This document shows, piece after piece, positions 48,332 through 60,210 of a DNA stretch of 64,000 nt. The stretch's first letter is position 1, and each line of letters begins with the position of its first letter. The notes under the pieces were generated by a model. It saw only the letters and a list, made by a program, of their open reading frames with translations, had not been told where the DNA came from and ran no database searches. Source of the stretch: Podarcis bocagei (lineage: Eukaryota); the NCBI GenBank assembly GCA_964188305.1, contig OZ076886.1; one strand, written 5' to 3'. Made by a program: the position numbers and the translations under genes.

Positions 48332-49240
48332 GGTGGTTGTTGGCATCCGTCTGTATCGAGAAACAATGGAATGGACCTAAGAGGGGTGAAGTAAAACCGC
48401 CACGTTAGCAGCACCGAAGTGACCTCCCCAGGCCTCAAGCCTGGGAAGTGTGTATGGTGGTCCTGGGCTGCTCAGACAGCGACAACCCCCTCTTGGCCTC
48501 CCTGATGTGATCCAAAATGAAGCAGAGCAATGTTTGGTACCAGCATGGCTGCAGGAGTTGCCAGAAAGAGGCATACGAGGAACCATCCAACAGTCTTAGG
48601 GACTTCCTCCAGATTTGTGTAGGGTTTACTCCTGAGCTTTTTCATCTCCTGGAGATAGCCCACAAGGCAGCGGAGGTTTAGGATCAGAGTTTTCCTTCTC
48701 ATAGATGTTTTGCCTTCCCAGGTTGACAAGCCCCATCTGCCTATCACTTCCCTCTACAGCATGTGTAGAAACTGCCTTCTTGACCACTCATCCGCTCTAT
48801 CCGCTGGAGCCTGTCTCTGCATGCAAAGGAAGTCCCTAACTCACTAAGGGTTTGAGACCCATCAGCTACCCTCATCTGGTTTCTTGGGGTGTTTCTGCTG
48901 TCGTATGCTGACAGTTTCTAGGAGCCACAGGTGAGAGTTGAGTGCAGGATGGGGACCAAAGGTGGACCAGCTGCCCCAGAAGGAGCACGATGTGTGCAGT
49001 AGTTTGACTTCACCCCAGAGACACATTCCATTGTCTCTCATGACAGACAGATGCCAACAACGACAAATTCCCTGATTGCAACGGCACATCATTTCAGGCT
49101 GTTGCTCGCAGAGCCGTTTCCAATTCCACTCACAATGCACATGATTGGGGTTGTGCTTTCTATCCTTGGAGGGTTGGCCAAGGGTGTCTGTGGCCTTCCC
49201 AGCCTTAGAGGGTCTCTGGACTCCTTTGGTGACTTGCACT
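48332..49240. mobile_element. Probable non-autonomous RTE-clade-related retroelement
   Basis: Begins gttgttggcatccgtctg..cgag..acaatgga; contains tggctgcaggagttgccagaa and ttttccttctc...ccttcccaggttgac, motifs I associate with RTE-linked SINE-like repeats. Family is not verified. Confidence 0.45.
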
Positions 49241-49322
49241 AGAAAATACCCCTCTCATGAAATATGCCACTTAATATGCAAACTAACCTACATTCACCAT
49301 GGGTCATTTTCTCATTCTGTAG

Positions 49323-49530
49323 ACAACTGGCCCTGAAGGCACTGAATGAGCGGTTGAAGCGTGTAGAAGATCAGTCGTCATGGCCCAGCATGGAGGATGA
49401 AGAAGAAGAAAACATCAAGGCTGATACTCCATTGCTACCCGAGAAGAGCCGGGACTCTGTCACTGCAGGGAAAGCAGGCAGCCAGGAGTCCAGCCTCATT
49501 ACCTTTGAGGATGCCCCCTCTCAGTTGTGA
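49323..49530 (+). CDS. TMEM115: TMEM115 exon 2 (RQLALKALNERLKRVEDQSSWPSME...APSQL*)
   Basis: ctgtag acceptor, phase 2 matches exon 1; total CDS 1062 nt = 353 aa. Confidence 0.97.
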
Positions 49531-49859
49531 CCATGAGGCACCTGCTGTACTCTTCTACGTGTCCCTGTATGCCAGAGCTGCTAATGATCCTTCACATGTC
49601 CTTCCTCACAGTGCTGCCTGTTCTGCAGGAAGCAAAACACTGTGCCTGCTGGCCCTGAGGGAGACCACACGTCCCTTCCAATGTTTGTTCGCCACACTTG
49701 GCTGGTGCCAAGTCCCAGGACTCATGGTGAAAACTGTTTGCACAGATCTGGGATTTGGGCTGTTGTCATCGGAGGGATGCCTGGAATTGAGAATTTCTCA
49801 GAATTGGCAGGCCAGAGGGAGAGCCGCATCTCTTCTGCCCAATAAGGAGTGTTCATCTT

Positions 49860-49865
49860 AATAAA
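49860..49865 (+). terminator. Candidate proximal polyadenylation signal of TMEM115
   Basis: AATAAA 330 nt after the stop codon; GU-rich sequence ~55 nt downstream. Confidence 0.45.
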
Positions 49866-51506
49866 GCAACCTGCAAAATCTCCAAGAAGTAGCTGCCATT
49901 GTGGCTATTATCACATGTATGTGTGTGCGTGTTTGGCTCCTTCTGGCTGGCAGTTCCAGTCAACCTGTGTGGGGCCCTAGCTTGCCCAGCGTGGCTCCTG
50001 TTTTTGAGCTATAACTGCTAGACCACTGTATAATCCCACCAGGGCATCCCAGAGCAAGCTCAGCAAGCAACACAGCACTTTCCCTCTTGATTTTATTTTA
50101 CCTTGGCAGCATTGGTTGTCAAAACAACTCTGCAACTCCCCCTTTTCCTTTCAGAGTTGGCTTTGTTGTTGATTAAATGAGCAAGCACTTTAAACAAATG
50201 CTTTGCTGTATTAACCCTCCCTCCTTACAGATTTGGTAGCCCTGAGGAGCTCTGCCAAAACAAGTTGCTGGGTTAGGCATTCGCAGAACCAGCAGCTTAA
50301 AGCCTTTTAATAACAGCATAGCCACTCGGTCCACCTCTTGAATTCTTGACATTGATGGCTTTAGGGATAAAGAGCAGGTTGCTACTAGTATGTGGACTAC
50401 CTTGTGGAAAAGCATTATCTCAGATTTTCCATAGGACTCAGAGGGAATTAATTTCATTTCTGTTCTTTAGCCTTTGGTTGTTCTTCATTTTCCTTTTGCG
50501 GTGATTCAAATGACAAAGCTGCTTTGTCTTAGGTGGGGTGCCCATACATTCACAGGATGTTGGAATGAACTCCTTGCTACAGTAGAATATATGTTGCTGG
50601 TTCTGTTTGATTTTAAAAGGTGCTTTTTGTGGGACCCTTGACATTTCTTCTGATGCCTGCTTTTTCTCTTTGGTTAGATCATTATTAGCCTCTTCCTCTC
50701 CTCTGGGATGAGATGCTTTTTCTTCCCTTTCTTTTTTTTTTTTTTGTGGGTTGGCAAGGCCTAAGATGTTTTGCCTTGACACCCAACCCCAAAGTATCCC
50801 AAAGGGTACAACTCACACAGCTGGAGGACTGGGTGAGGGGACACTTAGCAGAACAGGAAGAGAGTGTGAGACACTGTTGTGATAATTTTTTTAAAGGACC
50901 ACGAGGTTTTGTCAACCAGGTAATGAAACACAATTTCAGTATCAATAAACAGTTCTTTTGAAGAATGCTTCTTGATTGGCTTTGTAAACCTTCCTTTGTA
51001 TATGACCATGTAAGCCTCCTAGTTGGAGAAGTTTCCAAATGTTGGGGTCTTGTCGTCTTTTGTGGTTTCACTCAAGACAGCTTTATAGTTGAAGAACACA
51101 GACACAAGGCTGAAAAGGCTTTTAACCAATTTAGGGAAGTGATTAGCTTTACTGGCATAAAAGACTGAAGGACAGTCACTTCACTTCTGAAGGCTTGACT
51201 TTTGACATCTTTTCAGGTAACTTCTAAGTCTTACTATATTTCTATCCTGCTTTTGTCTAGGATGATGTTTTTTTCCTCACCCCTGCAGCATCCGTATAAG
51301 GTACCACTATGCAGTAATGAGTGGCCCAGACAAGACTGGGGATTTCTGCAAAACTCTTTAACTGAGTACTTAGACCTGCTCAGTAGGCACTTCTACTAAG
51401 AGCTGCTTCACACAATATGAATTTCCTTTACCAAAAGGAAATCTCACCTGGCAAGTTGCTGTGAAAGGCAGTTGTATACTTTTTTCGTGTGTTGCTTTGG
51501 TAGATT

Positions 51507-51512
51507 AATAAA
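51507..51512 (+). terminator. Candidate distal polyadenylation signal of TMEM115
   Basis: AATAAA with upstream TGTA and U-rich elements, and a U-rich downstream tract. Confidence 0.55.
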
Positions 51513-51552
51513 AAGACAGAAAAGATAATTTTATTGTTACACATTTGGAATA

Positions 51553-51736
51553 CAGGCAGCAACCATTTTAGGCACATCCAATATGTGCGCAACCGCGCCA
51601 AACCTAGAAGTGACCCGAAAACATCACAAAAAGGGGCAGGGGTAGAACAGGGTGTTTGGAGGCTTTTTCAATGGTGTTTCAAATATACACGATTTCGCCT
51701 TGCAATGTAACCCCCATGTAAATTGGGAGTTACCTG
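51553..51736. mobile_element. Degenerate Tc1/mariner-type MITE
   Basis: ta|caggcagc ... gttacctg|ta ends. Confidence 0.55.
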
Positions 51737-52128
51737 TACTTTCTCTTTTCATTCCTTCTTTCACTTAATGTTTTCTACATGGAAGCATTTACATGTAGGA
51801 CATTCATCTTGTGTGAAGTTATCAGTACTAAACGTGATGCTCATTAAGAAGTGGTGATTGTTGAGGGGGCTTGATGGGGTCAATTTTATAATTTTTCAAG
51901 CAGACGTAACTGACTTCCTTGGGTAGGTACTTCTAAAAATATTGAATACTAATGCAGCTGTCTGTGAGTTCTAAGCCATTGCAATCTGTTTCTACACAAG
52001 ACGCATGAGAAATACAGTGTTTTAATACTCTTAGGCCAGGTTCTGATTCTGTTGCAAAATAAGATTTTTGTACTAAATCTCAGAAAGATGTTGCGCATCA
52101 CTTCGTTTTGACAGGAAATGTATTGGAA

Positions 52129-52338
52129 TAGCTCAGTCAGTATAGCATGAGACTCTTAATCTCAGGGTTGTGAGTTTGAGCCCCACGTTGGGTGAAAAAT
52201 TCCTGCATTGCAAGGCTTGGACTAAATGACCCTCAGAGTGGCTGGAGAAACCCAGCCAGATGGGCGGGGTATAAATAATAAATTAGTATTATTATAATGG
52301 TCCCTTCCAATTCTACAATTTTATGATTCTATTATTCT
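52129..52338 (+). mobile_element. tRNA-Lys(CTT)-headed SINE with CR1-type tail, interrupted by a short LINE-tail insertion (52234-52295)
   Basis: tagctcagtcagtatagcatgagactCTTaatctcagggttgtgagtttgagccccacgttgggtg is a CpG-decayed tRNA-Lys-CTT; followed by ttggactaaatgacc...ggtcccttccaattcta...tatgattcta. Confidence 0.85.
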
Positions 52339-53953
52339 ACTGGGTGCTTCACAACACCACCCTGATAATCCTAACTGTAACCCTTGTACCATAAATGTTG
52401 GTCGTAACTTGCAAACAACCATGATTTGTAATTTCGAAATCGTGTGTCTCATCCTGGAACAAGGATACAATACCAGGGACCTGTGCCAACAGACAGCATT
52501 AACAGTAGCCACTGTTGCACGGAAGCTAATTGATAGCCAGCTACTGGAGACACAGTACTAACAAAGGTTCCAAGGAATCGCTACTTAAATTCATAACCTT
52601 GCATTCAGTATGTGGAAAGGTTTTATAGCCTGTGGTGGGTTGTTAATAAGAATTAGAATTTATATACCGCCCTATACCTGGAGATCTCATTCCTGTTAGG
52701 GAGATGTTTTGTGAGTAAATAGATTGGGTGGAGTTCTAGTACAACAGAGGATAGTGAATGCAGCGTCCTGGGATGTATGTGGAAGGTCTTCTGTGGACTC
52801 AGCCGAGCTTTCAGGAAAGGAATCCTGTAGGGATAACCTGCAGTCCTTATATACTGGGTCTTCCTTACTTAGGAAGTAAAAGGCATTTTCCTGTTGTTTT
52901 TTTTAAAAAGGGAGATAGCAAGCTGTCGAAAGCCAGTACAATCAAGGTAAACAATGCTGGGCTAGATGACCCAATAAGGCCAGTTGGATGCTTCAGTGAT
53001 TTGTGCTAGCCAGGTGCCTTGGTGTAGTACTAAGTCATTCTTCTGAAGAGCATACTGGGCCCTTGCAAGTTAGGTAGAACACTGGTCTAAAGCCCAAATG
53101 ATTCATGTCAATCACAGATACATAGAGCTAATTCCTTTAGATCCTCCTTTATAACTTTTTTTCTCATTTTCTCTCTGTTTAAAAGAAATATTGCTGATGC
53201 GAAATATCCACCTAAAAATTCTCACTATCAGGAGAGGTATACAATAGTTGGAAGTTTTCCTAAAGCTGTTGCAACAGGGGAGTCGAATGTACCTCTTCTC
53301 TCTACAGCCGTACAATCCTGCCTTGTAAGTGGAATTTAACTTTATACCCATTCATAATATTTGGTCCTACAGAAATTTATGGGAGACTTCTGAACTGCTG
53401 GTACTGCATCAGCTTTAGGTGTCACTGTTCTATCCATTGTATCCTTTTTGGCTGCCAAGACATGCTATCTGAAATCACAGGAGGGAAGCACTAAGTTCAC
53501 TAGGCCTTGTTAGTTTCATAACTAAATTCTGGGCTGCTGTGAAAGAATTTTTGGCACCAACAGGAATTTTCAAGCTACCCATTGACTCCTTGTGGTTTAC
53601 TTCACCCCAGTAACAACTCATCCTTTAGGAAGTTGAGGAACAGGGAGCTTTACTATTAGCACAGTATTAAAGGAGCAGCTGCGGAATCACTCTGGATTCT
53701 ATTATGCTTTCAAATAGCAATTAGGCTCTACTTGTTGTTTTACTATCATCCTTCAGCCACATCACACTTAGGAAACAACACTGGTACACCCTGAAGGCAT
53801 TGGAGAATTTTACCAACACCAGTGGCTTCCCAGAACAGCTCTTTTCTACCCAGGGGAAGAAATAATTGTTAAATCTCTGCTATCCCTTACTGTTGTAGTG
53901 CCACCTATTGGTAATAATCTGTATGACAATTACTGGTAACTCAGTGAACACAT

Positions 53954-54410
53954 TCATAGTATCATAAGAGTTGGAGGGAGTCTTGTAGGCCATCTAGGCC
54001 AATCCCTGCTCAGCACTGGAAATCCAGAGCTACAGCATCCATAAGATGATTGCCCAGCCTTTGCCTGAAGACTTCCAATGAGGGAGAGCCCATCAACCTC
54101 AGCAACTGATTTCACTGTCATTAAAAGAGCTTTTCTAACATTCAGCTGCAATAAGCCCTCCCTTGCTTATTAGATCTAGTCCTGTCCTCTGGGATTGCAG
54201 GGAACAAAAGTATTTTCCCTCTTCTGTGTAATGGACGTTTGGGTATTTGAAGAGTGCTATCATTAAACATGCCAGTTCTTTCAATCCTTCCTCATGAGAC
54301 TGGCTTTCTACCCCACTAGCCATTTTTGGTGTCTTCTTCTGAACCTGTTCCAATTTGCCTATGCAGCACCCAGAACTGTAGACAGTACTTTAGATGAGGT
54401 CTGACTAGGG
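53954..54410 (-). mobile_element. CR1 LINE 3' fragment
   Basis: tcatag...gagttggagggag...ccatctaggccaatccc...gagggagagccca...tatttgaagagtgctatca...cccagaactg. Confidence 0.75.
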
Positions 54411-54517
54411 CATAATAAAATTGTTATTGACTGATGTGATGCCAACAAGAAAGAGCAATGTTATCTGCAGATACCAGGTATCTCGTGAACTCTGCTTGAG
54501 GATATCTTGTCTTAGTG

Positions 54518-54956
54518 CAGTGTTTCCCAACCTTTTTTGGGCAAAGGCACACTTGTTTGATGAAAAAAATCTCGAGGCACACCACCATTACAGCCCCATG
54601 ACGTCAGCGCGCAGCGTCGCGCCGGGAGGGACGCACGAAAGTGTAAGTTTCAATTTTTTTCCCTCCCCTCCTGTGTAAAGGGGAATGCACTCTGCTAAGT
54701 AAAGGCACTTGCCACAGCAGTGTCAACGTCACAGCACCCACCGGCACCCAAGAGAGAAGGGGTCTCAGCAGCCCTTTTGCCAGGAAGAGGAGCAAGAACG
54801 AGAGGAGGAGGAGGAAGAGAGTCCCCCCAAAAAAAACATTCTCCTTTTGATCTTCCTTATTTGCAATTCCTCATTGCAAAACAGCGGTTGATATACAGCT
54901 GATTTTTTTGTTATTACAGTCCCCACCCCCTCACCTAGAAAAACACCACCTGTCAA

Positions 54957-55033
<77 letters not shown>

Positions 55034-55930
55034 CCCGCCACTCTGGGAGGCTGAAGCCCTTTAAGGCTTCCTTCTGTCCACTCTCTGTGAATTACCTGCC
55101 CGGAGCGGGTTTCTGGGGGGGGGGCGCTGCTGCCGGTGTCCTCCCCGTCGAGTCTCGCCTTGCCCGGCGCGTGGCGGCCGCCCTTTCCCACACTCTGCCA
55201 GCTGTGCTGCCAAGCCCCGCGGCTCGGCCTGTCAGCGTTACCGGGCTCGGTGGGCGGTAATTCCCGAAGAAAGCCGGCGGCGCTTGAAGAGCTGGCAAGC
55301 CCCCATTTGCATGTCTGTTTTCCGCAGCCCTTGGAGAGGATTAAGTTCCCTCCTTCCTGCCGGGGAACCTCCAAGCTTTGGGGGTGGGGGGGGAGGCAGC
55401 AAAGCGAGGCAGGAAGGAGAGCGCGGCTTGGCTGGGTGAGCTTTGGCAGGGGCAGGGAATGAGAGCTGCGAGGCGGGCGCTGCGGACGGAAGCGCTGCCC
55501 GCCGAGCTCGCAGGCAGCCAGGCAGGCAGACGGCGAGAGCCCCGCGCTGGGCGGCCTCTCCTCGCCGCCGCCGCCCCACGGAGGTAGGCTGGTGTGCCGT
55601 GGGAGGGAGGCGGGCGAGTTGGGCGTCGAGCACACGCGGGGTGGCGAGCGAGCTCCCTCCCACATCCCATCGCCGCTCGCTTCGGCCGGCCTACTGGGCT
55701 GTCGCAGGCGGAAGGCCTGCGCATGCGCGAGGTTTTCGCGCCTTCCTCCAGTAGGCCGGCCGAAGCGAGCGGCGATGGGATGTGGGAGGGAGCTCGCTCG
55801 CCGCCCCGCGTGTGCTCGCCGCCGCCGCCCCGCCTCTCGCCGCCCGCCTCGCCCGCCTCCCTCCCACGGAACACAAGGCAACGTTCCGCGGCACACTAGT
55901 GTGCCGCGGAACACCGGTTGGGAAACACTG
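54518..55930. mobile_element. Young non-autonomous hAT (Charlie/Buster-type) element, 1413 bp, CpG-rich
   Basis: Perfect 15-bp TIR CAGTGTTTCCCAACC / GGTTGGGAAACACTG; perfect 8-bp TSD TCTTAGTG (54510-54517, 55931-55938); no transposase ORF. Confidence 0.95.
54959..55032. repeat. (ATT)n microsatellite inside the hAT element
   Basis: About 24 perfect units. Confidence 0.95.
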
Positions 55931-56003
55931 TCTTAGTGGATCAGAAGGGAGCAAAAACAAATAAAAATGCAACATGCCAGAGCCACTACAGGTGTTCAAA
56001 AGC

Positions 56004-56009
56004 TTTATT
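56004..56009 (-). terminator. Candidate polyadenylation signal of CYB561D2 (3'UTR ~3.1 kb)
   Basis: TTTATT on + equals AATAAA on -; U-rich element downstream on the - strand (~55952-55967). Confidence 0.6.
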
Positions 56010-59000
56010 TAATAGAGAACTCTTGATTACCTTTCTTTGATCAAGCTCATTGATGGGTACACCTGCCTGGCAGATATACTCATCACAAACAGTCCAGTGC
56101 AAACAACAATCTTCGTTGGTGCAGTTTCAGATTTGGCAGACCGCTTGATGTTTCAGTAACAGCAATATATATTTCAGCCAAATCAATCCATGTAACTGGT
56201 GAAAATGAAGCATTCCTGCTGAAATAATGCCTGTCGCAGTTGTCACTGAAAGGACTGGTATCGCATAGACGCAAGAAAAGGTGGGGACCATGGGCTCCAT
56301 AGAAAAGATAACCAGGTACTCTAGTCCATAAAAATGTAGCATTTTTACATAATACATTATGGCAAACTATATGTTTAAGTAAATGATGCTGCACAGGACA
56401 TCTAAGGTACATAACCACTGGAAGATGAAAACAATGGGACTTCAGGTAGTCACATTCTTTCATAGGTTTCAAAGAGCTTTAGTCATGATTAACTTTATCT
56501 AGGTCAGGGCCAGTGTCTTATCTCCTTGCAACCATGGTGCTTTTTCCAATCCCATTAAACAAGGGGCCCAGCTTTGCCCATTTTCTCGTTCTTTGCTAAG
56601 GCAGTTATTCTCTCTTCTTCCCAGCCAGCAAAACAAAGACTCCTTTCCTTGATTTAGTCCCACAGCTGGTGGGAACCTTTGTGTGCACTTTGGCTGAAGC
56701 CACTTTAACATGCTGCAAGCGAATCAAATCTGGAAGTCAGCTGTTAGCTAATGATAAAAAAGCAATTGGGTTTTATCCTTGCCTTGGAACTGCAAGAGAT
56801 TACCAGTAAGTACCATCAGCCCATCTAGAAGCTTTTCTGAGTGCCTCAACATTCCAGTGTAGAAAGCATTTCCACACAGAGATTGTATGTAGATCAACAC
56901 AAGTGTTGATCACACATGTTACACTTGTGCAGAACTTGTCATGTATCGGCAAACTGCCAAGTCTGAAAAAAGAAAAGCGCTTATCTGTATTTCAGTGCTC
57001 TGCTTCCATGTTCCTGTTTGCAGGATCGTCTATGTTAAATACTGTGACTCATGAGACATCAAATGCTGAGAGTTTTGGTCTAAGAGCTACAAAAGAAGAT
57101 AGCCATGCAGATACTATTCTAACCTCTGTGCTTGGATCAGTGGGAAACCTTTGGACATCAGAGCTCCCTTTTGCTTACCTAGCCATAAAATGAAGCTACT
57201 ATTCATCTACCATAACGCAAGAGTGAATGGAAATTCTGTACACCGAGAAGGGAAAGGACTGAGCAGGTTTCTTCTCCACCTTGGGAGGGCATAAATACAT
57301 TTGCCGGGCTGTAAGCTTCCCTCTATCAGGAATAGTTTCAGGTAATAATGTGGTCTTGTGGTATACCATTCCAGGTATAGGATAAAAGATTATGAGAACC
57401 TATACCACTAGGCCAGAAGTTCAAGGAGAAATTCCTAAGCTTACATAGTATTGTGCTTTTGTCCGTGAAGCTTTCTCATGAACAGTGCACGCGTCAACCT
57501 GAAAGGAGGAACCCAGAAGTCATCAGTGTAAAGAAGAGAACAGAGACTCGGTTATACCCAATTCTTGAAAGCCTTTCTCAAGTTCAGTATACCATATGCC
57601 CATGAAACTTTTGCCTGCCTCACATCTTTCCACCAGGGAAGAGGAGGAGGAGAATCCATCACTGTGCTGCCCCTCTTCTTCCTGGTTCTCAGTGTTTGCC
57701 TGTTATTTTCTAGGCAGCAGTTGCTCTCAAAATGGCTGCTGTTATAGCAGCTGACCAAAGAAAAGGCCACAGTGACTACTGAGAGCCAGAGTGGGGATAG
57801 AAGGGAGGACACAGTAGCAATTTCTTCCTTTCCCCCTACTTTCACACAAACACAAGGCAAGCAAAGTTAAACAAGCCTGCAGTGCAGTCCAGAGTAGCAG
57901 GGGACTAAGCCACATTGAACTGAGTTGTGCAGACATGGAATGACAGGACTTCTAAGAGTAAAAAAAAAAAACACAGGAGAGAAGGTGGGGTAGTGAAGGA
58001 GTTGCAGCCCTCAGAATATTATAACAGTGGAAGGAAATGGCAAGTATCTCCTAATGTTTGTCTAGATCTAAGACAGGTTGTACAAAATGCTCTACATGTC
58101 AACCACCGTCTCTTCACATCAAATTGTCTCTGGAAAACGCCAATGGCTAATTGATCCACATCTGAGCCACTTCACTATTTCAGGAAGTGAAGTTACTTAG
58201 CCAGTCTAACACATATAGTTGATCAGGTTTGGTTTTTAAACTCATTATGTAAATCCCCCTGAGAGCTTTAGCTACAAGGCTATGAACAGATAAAGCAGCA
58301 GTAATAATAATTTACACTTACATGCTAACATGTACTTTGAATCCTGCTGGGGAGAAAACCTGCTAGACGGGTGGTCTGGTGTTCCTGAGCATTAAAAAAT
58401 GAGAAGTGTTAGGCCCTCTGTCCTCCCATGCCACTTTCTGGTTGTAGAGTCTCCATACAAGGCAGCTTTGTTTTTAAAGCATGTAATATGTTTAGATCCT
58501 GCCTAGCTCAAATTACCTTGTCATTTCTAATACAGCTTAGAGCACTGCACAGTCAGGACAGATTTTTTTAGACAGAAACTCAGGCCTTTACAACTGTGTT
58601 AGAGAGAGATCAGTCTTTCCCTTATTCAGAGTGCTAAAAGGTTCAATCTGATACCCAAACCAGGACATCTGAACCCCAAACAGTTTACCAAGAGATAGTA
58701 TATTAAAACAGCCAAGGTGTGTGTGTGTATGCAAGAAGGATTTCAGCAGCTACCTGAATCAAGAACGACCTAAGCAATACTTGGTGTTCTTACACAGGGA
58801 GGCACCAGCAGAGTGCAACTGGGCTACTTACTCAGCACTGGCCATATTTCCAGAGGTATTTTGACAGAGAAGGGAAAATGCTACATGGACACTCTGGCAC
58901 CAAAAGGAAGCTGGTTCAACAGGATGGGCATCTCCAGGATTTTAACAGGGAAAAGTCAGAAATTACATAAAATACCATATGATGCTATAGGCAAGTAAAA

Positions 59001-59102
59001 AGAGATTCTTCAGTCCCACTGCCTTGTAAGACCACCTGACTCCTTACTGACAATGCAGGAATTCTTCAGAGATCCCACAAGCTGTCTGTTTCAGGATGGC
59101 TT

Positions 59103-59606
59103 TCAAGGTTGGATTCTTTTGCGATAGAGGTAGGCATTGCTCACTTGGTTCATGATAACCAGGCTGGTGAGGATAGGACACAGCATGGACAGATACCAGG
59201 AGACTCCAGTTACAGATATGGTAAACCACAAGGAACACATACCCAGCATCAAACTGGCACAGCCAAGAATGTAACCGATCAGCCCTGATGTGGCGTGGTA
59301 AAGCTTGAGTTTGCTCAGTGTCCAGTTCTTCATCAGCTTGGGGTAGAGCAGAGCAAGGCCCCCCATGCACTGCATGGTAGCATACAGCACAGTCAGCAAG
59401 CCAGTCAAACCGTGCCAGGTGACAAAGTGGTCTTTCCCCTTGCGGTACTTGTTATAGCTGATGATGGCCAAGCCCAACACTGCACAGGTGAGTGAGAGCA
59501 ACTGTAAAGCCCAATGGAAGCGGACCTTGGCCTTCCGGGAGAAGGACTGGAGGAGGGAGCTCTCTGGAGAGAAAGTCAGAAGGGCTTCTGTCATCAGGAA
59601 AGAAAA
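59103..59606 (-). CDS. CYB561D2: Cytochrome b561 family member D2 (101F6/TSCytb), last coding exon
   Basis: [19 protein letters not shown]...HWALQ...HFVTWHG...KLYHATSGL...[15 protein letters not shown]; ctccag acceptor; heme-ligand histidines present. Confidence 0.97.
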   Translation of the reverse strand, partial: FSFLMTEALLTFSPESSLLQSFSRKAKVRFHWALQLLSLTCAVLGLAIISYNKYRKGKDHFVTWHGLTGLLTVLYATMQCMGGLALLYPKLMKNWTLSKLKLYHATSGLIGYILGCASLMLGMCSLWFTISVTGVSWYLSMLCPILTSLVIMNQVSNAYLYRKRIQP

Positions 59607-59816
59607 CTGGAGAGGCAAAAGAAGACAACATCACTATGGTTTGTTACATTACATTTAGCCAATGGTAAAATTGCACTCATTCCCAGCTTAACAAGAACAA
59701 AAGCTTCCTTGCTTTCCCCCAGCATTTAACTTTGTGTAATAACTTGGGAATTCCTGCCAAATACTGGAGAAGAAATAGTTCTGTCATGGAAAGGCTTATC
59801 TCTTTTCTAAAGAAGG

Positions 59817-59819
<3 letters not shown>

Positions 59820-59864
<45 letters not shown>

Positions 59865-59880
59865 CCGCCCATCTGGCTGG
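59820..59880 (-). repeat. (TAA)n microsatellite forming the tail of a very short LINE-end insertion
   Basis: atacccgcccatctggctgg is the reverse complement of the ccagccagatgggcgg(g)gtat + (ATT)n tail also seen at 52252-52295. Confidence 0.8.
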
Positions 59881-60210
59881 TACAAATTTTATAGTGATCC
59901 TCATCAGCAAAGGAGAAGATAAAAGCTTTGTGAGCTGCACACAGAAAAGGAAGGGATAATTATCTCATATTTTAATCCTATCTACCAGTAGGGAATTCTG
60001 GATTCGAGTCCCACAACAGGCAGGAGCAACTGCATCACCTCTGCCTTTTCCAATTCCTTAGCACAGAATTTCCATCTTACTCCACAATAAACTGCCTCCA
60101 GCCTTTTCTCAGACTATTCAGTCCACTAAACTAAGCCCGAAATAGATAAGGTAAGGTTATAATTAGTTATTTAGGAAGATGGTTGTAAAGAATGCCTGTG
60201 GCTGGCTTAC

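Noticed and set aside
52129-52194. Functional tRNA-Lys(CTT) gene
   Set aside because: The 5' acceptor strand is missing, the T-loop is mutated (GTTTGA), CpGs have decayed, and it runs straight into a CR1-type tail.
54931-55999. Long ORFs (327, 177, 141 aa etc.) on both strands
   Set aside because: They arise from stop-poor GC-rich sequence, an (ATT)n tract and an inverted repeat inside a non-autonomous hAT; low-complexity R/P/A/G content with no domain motifs.
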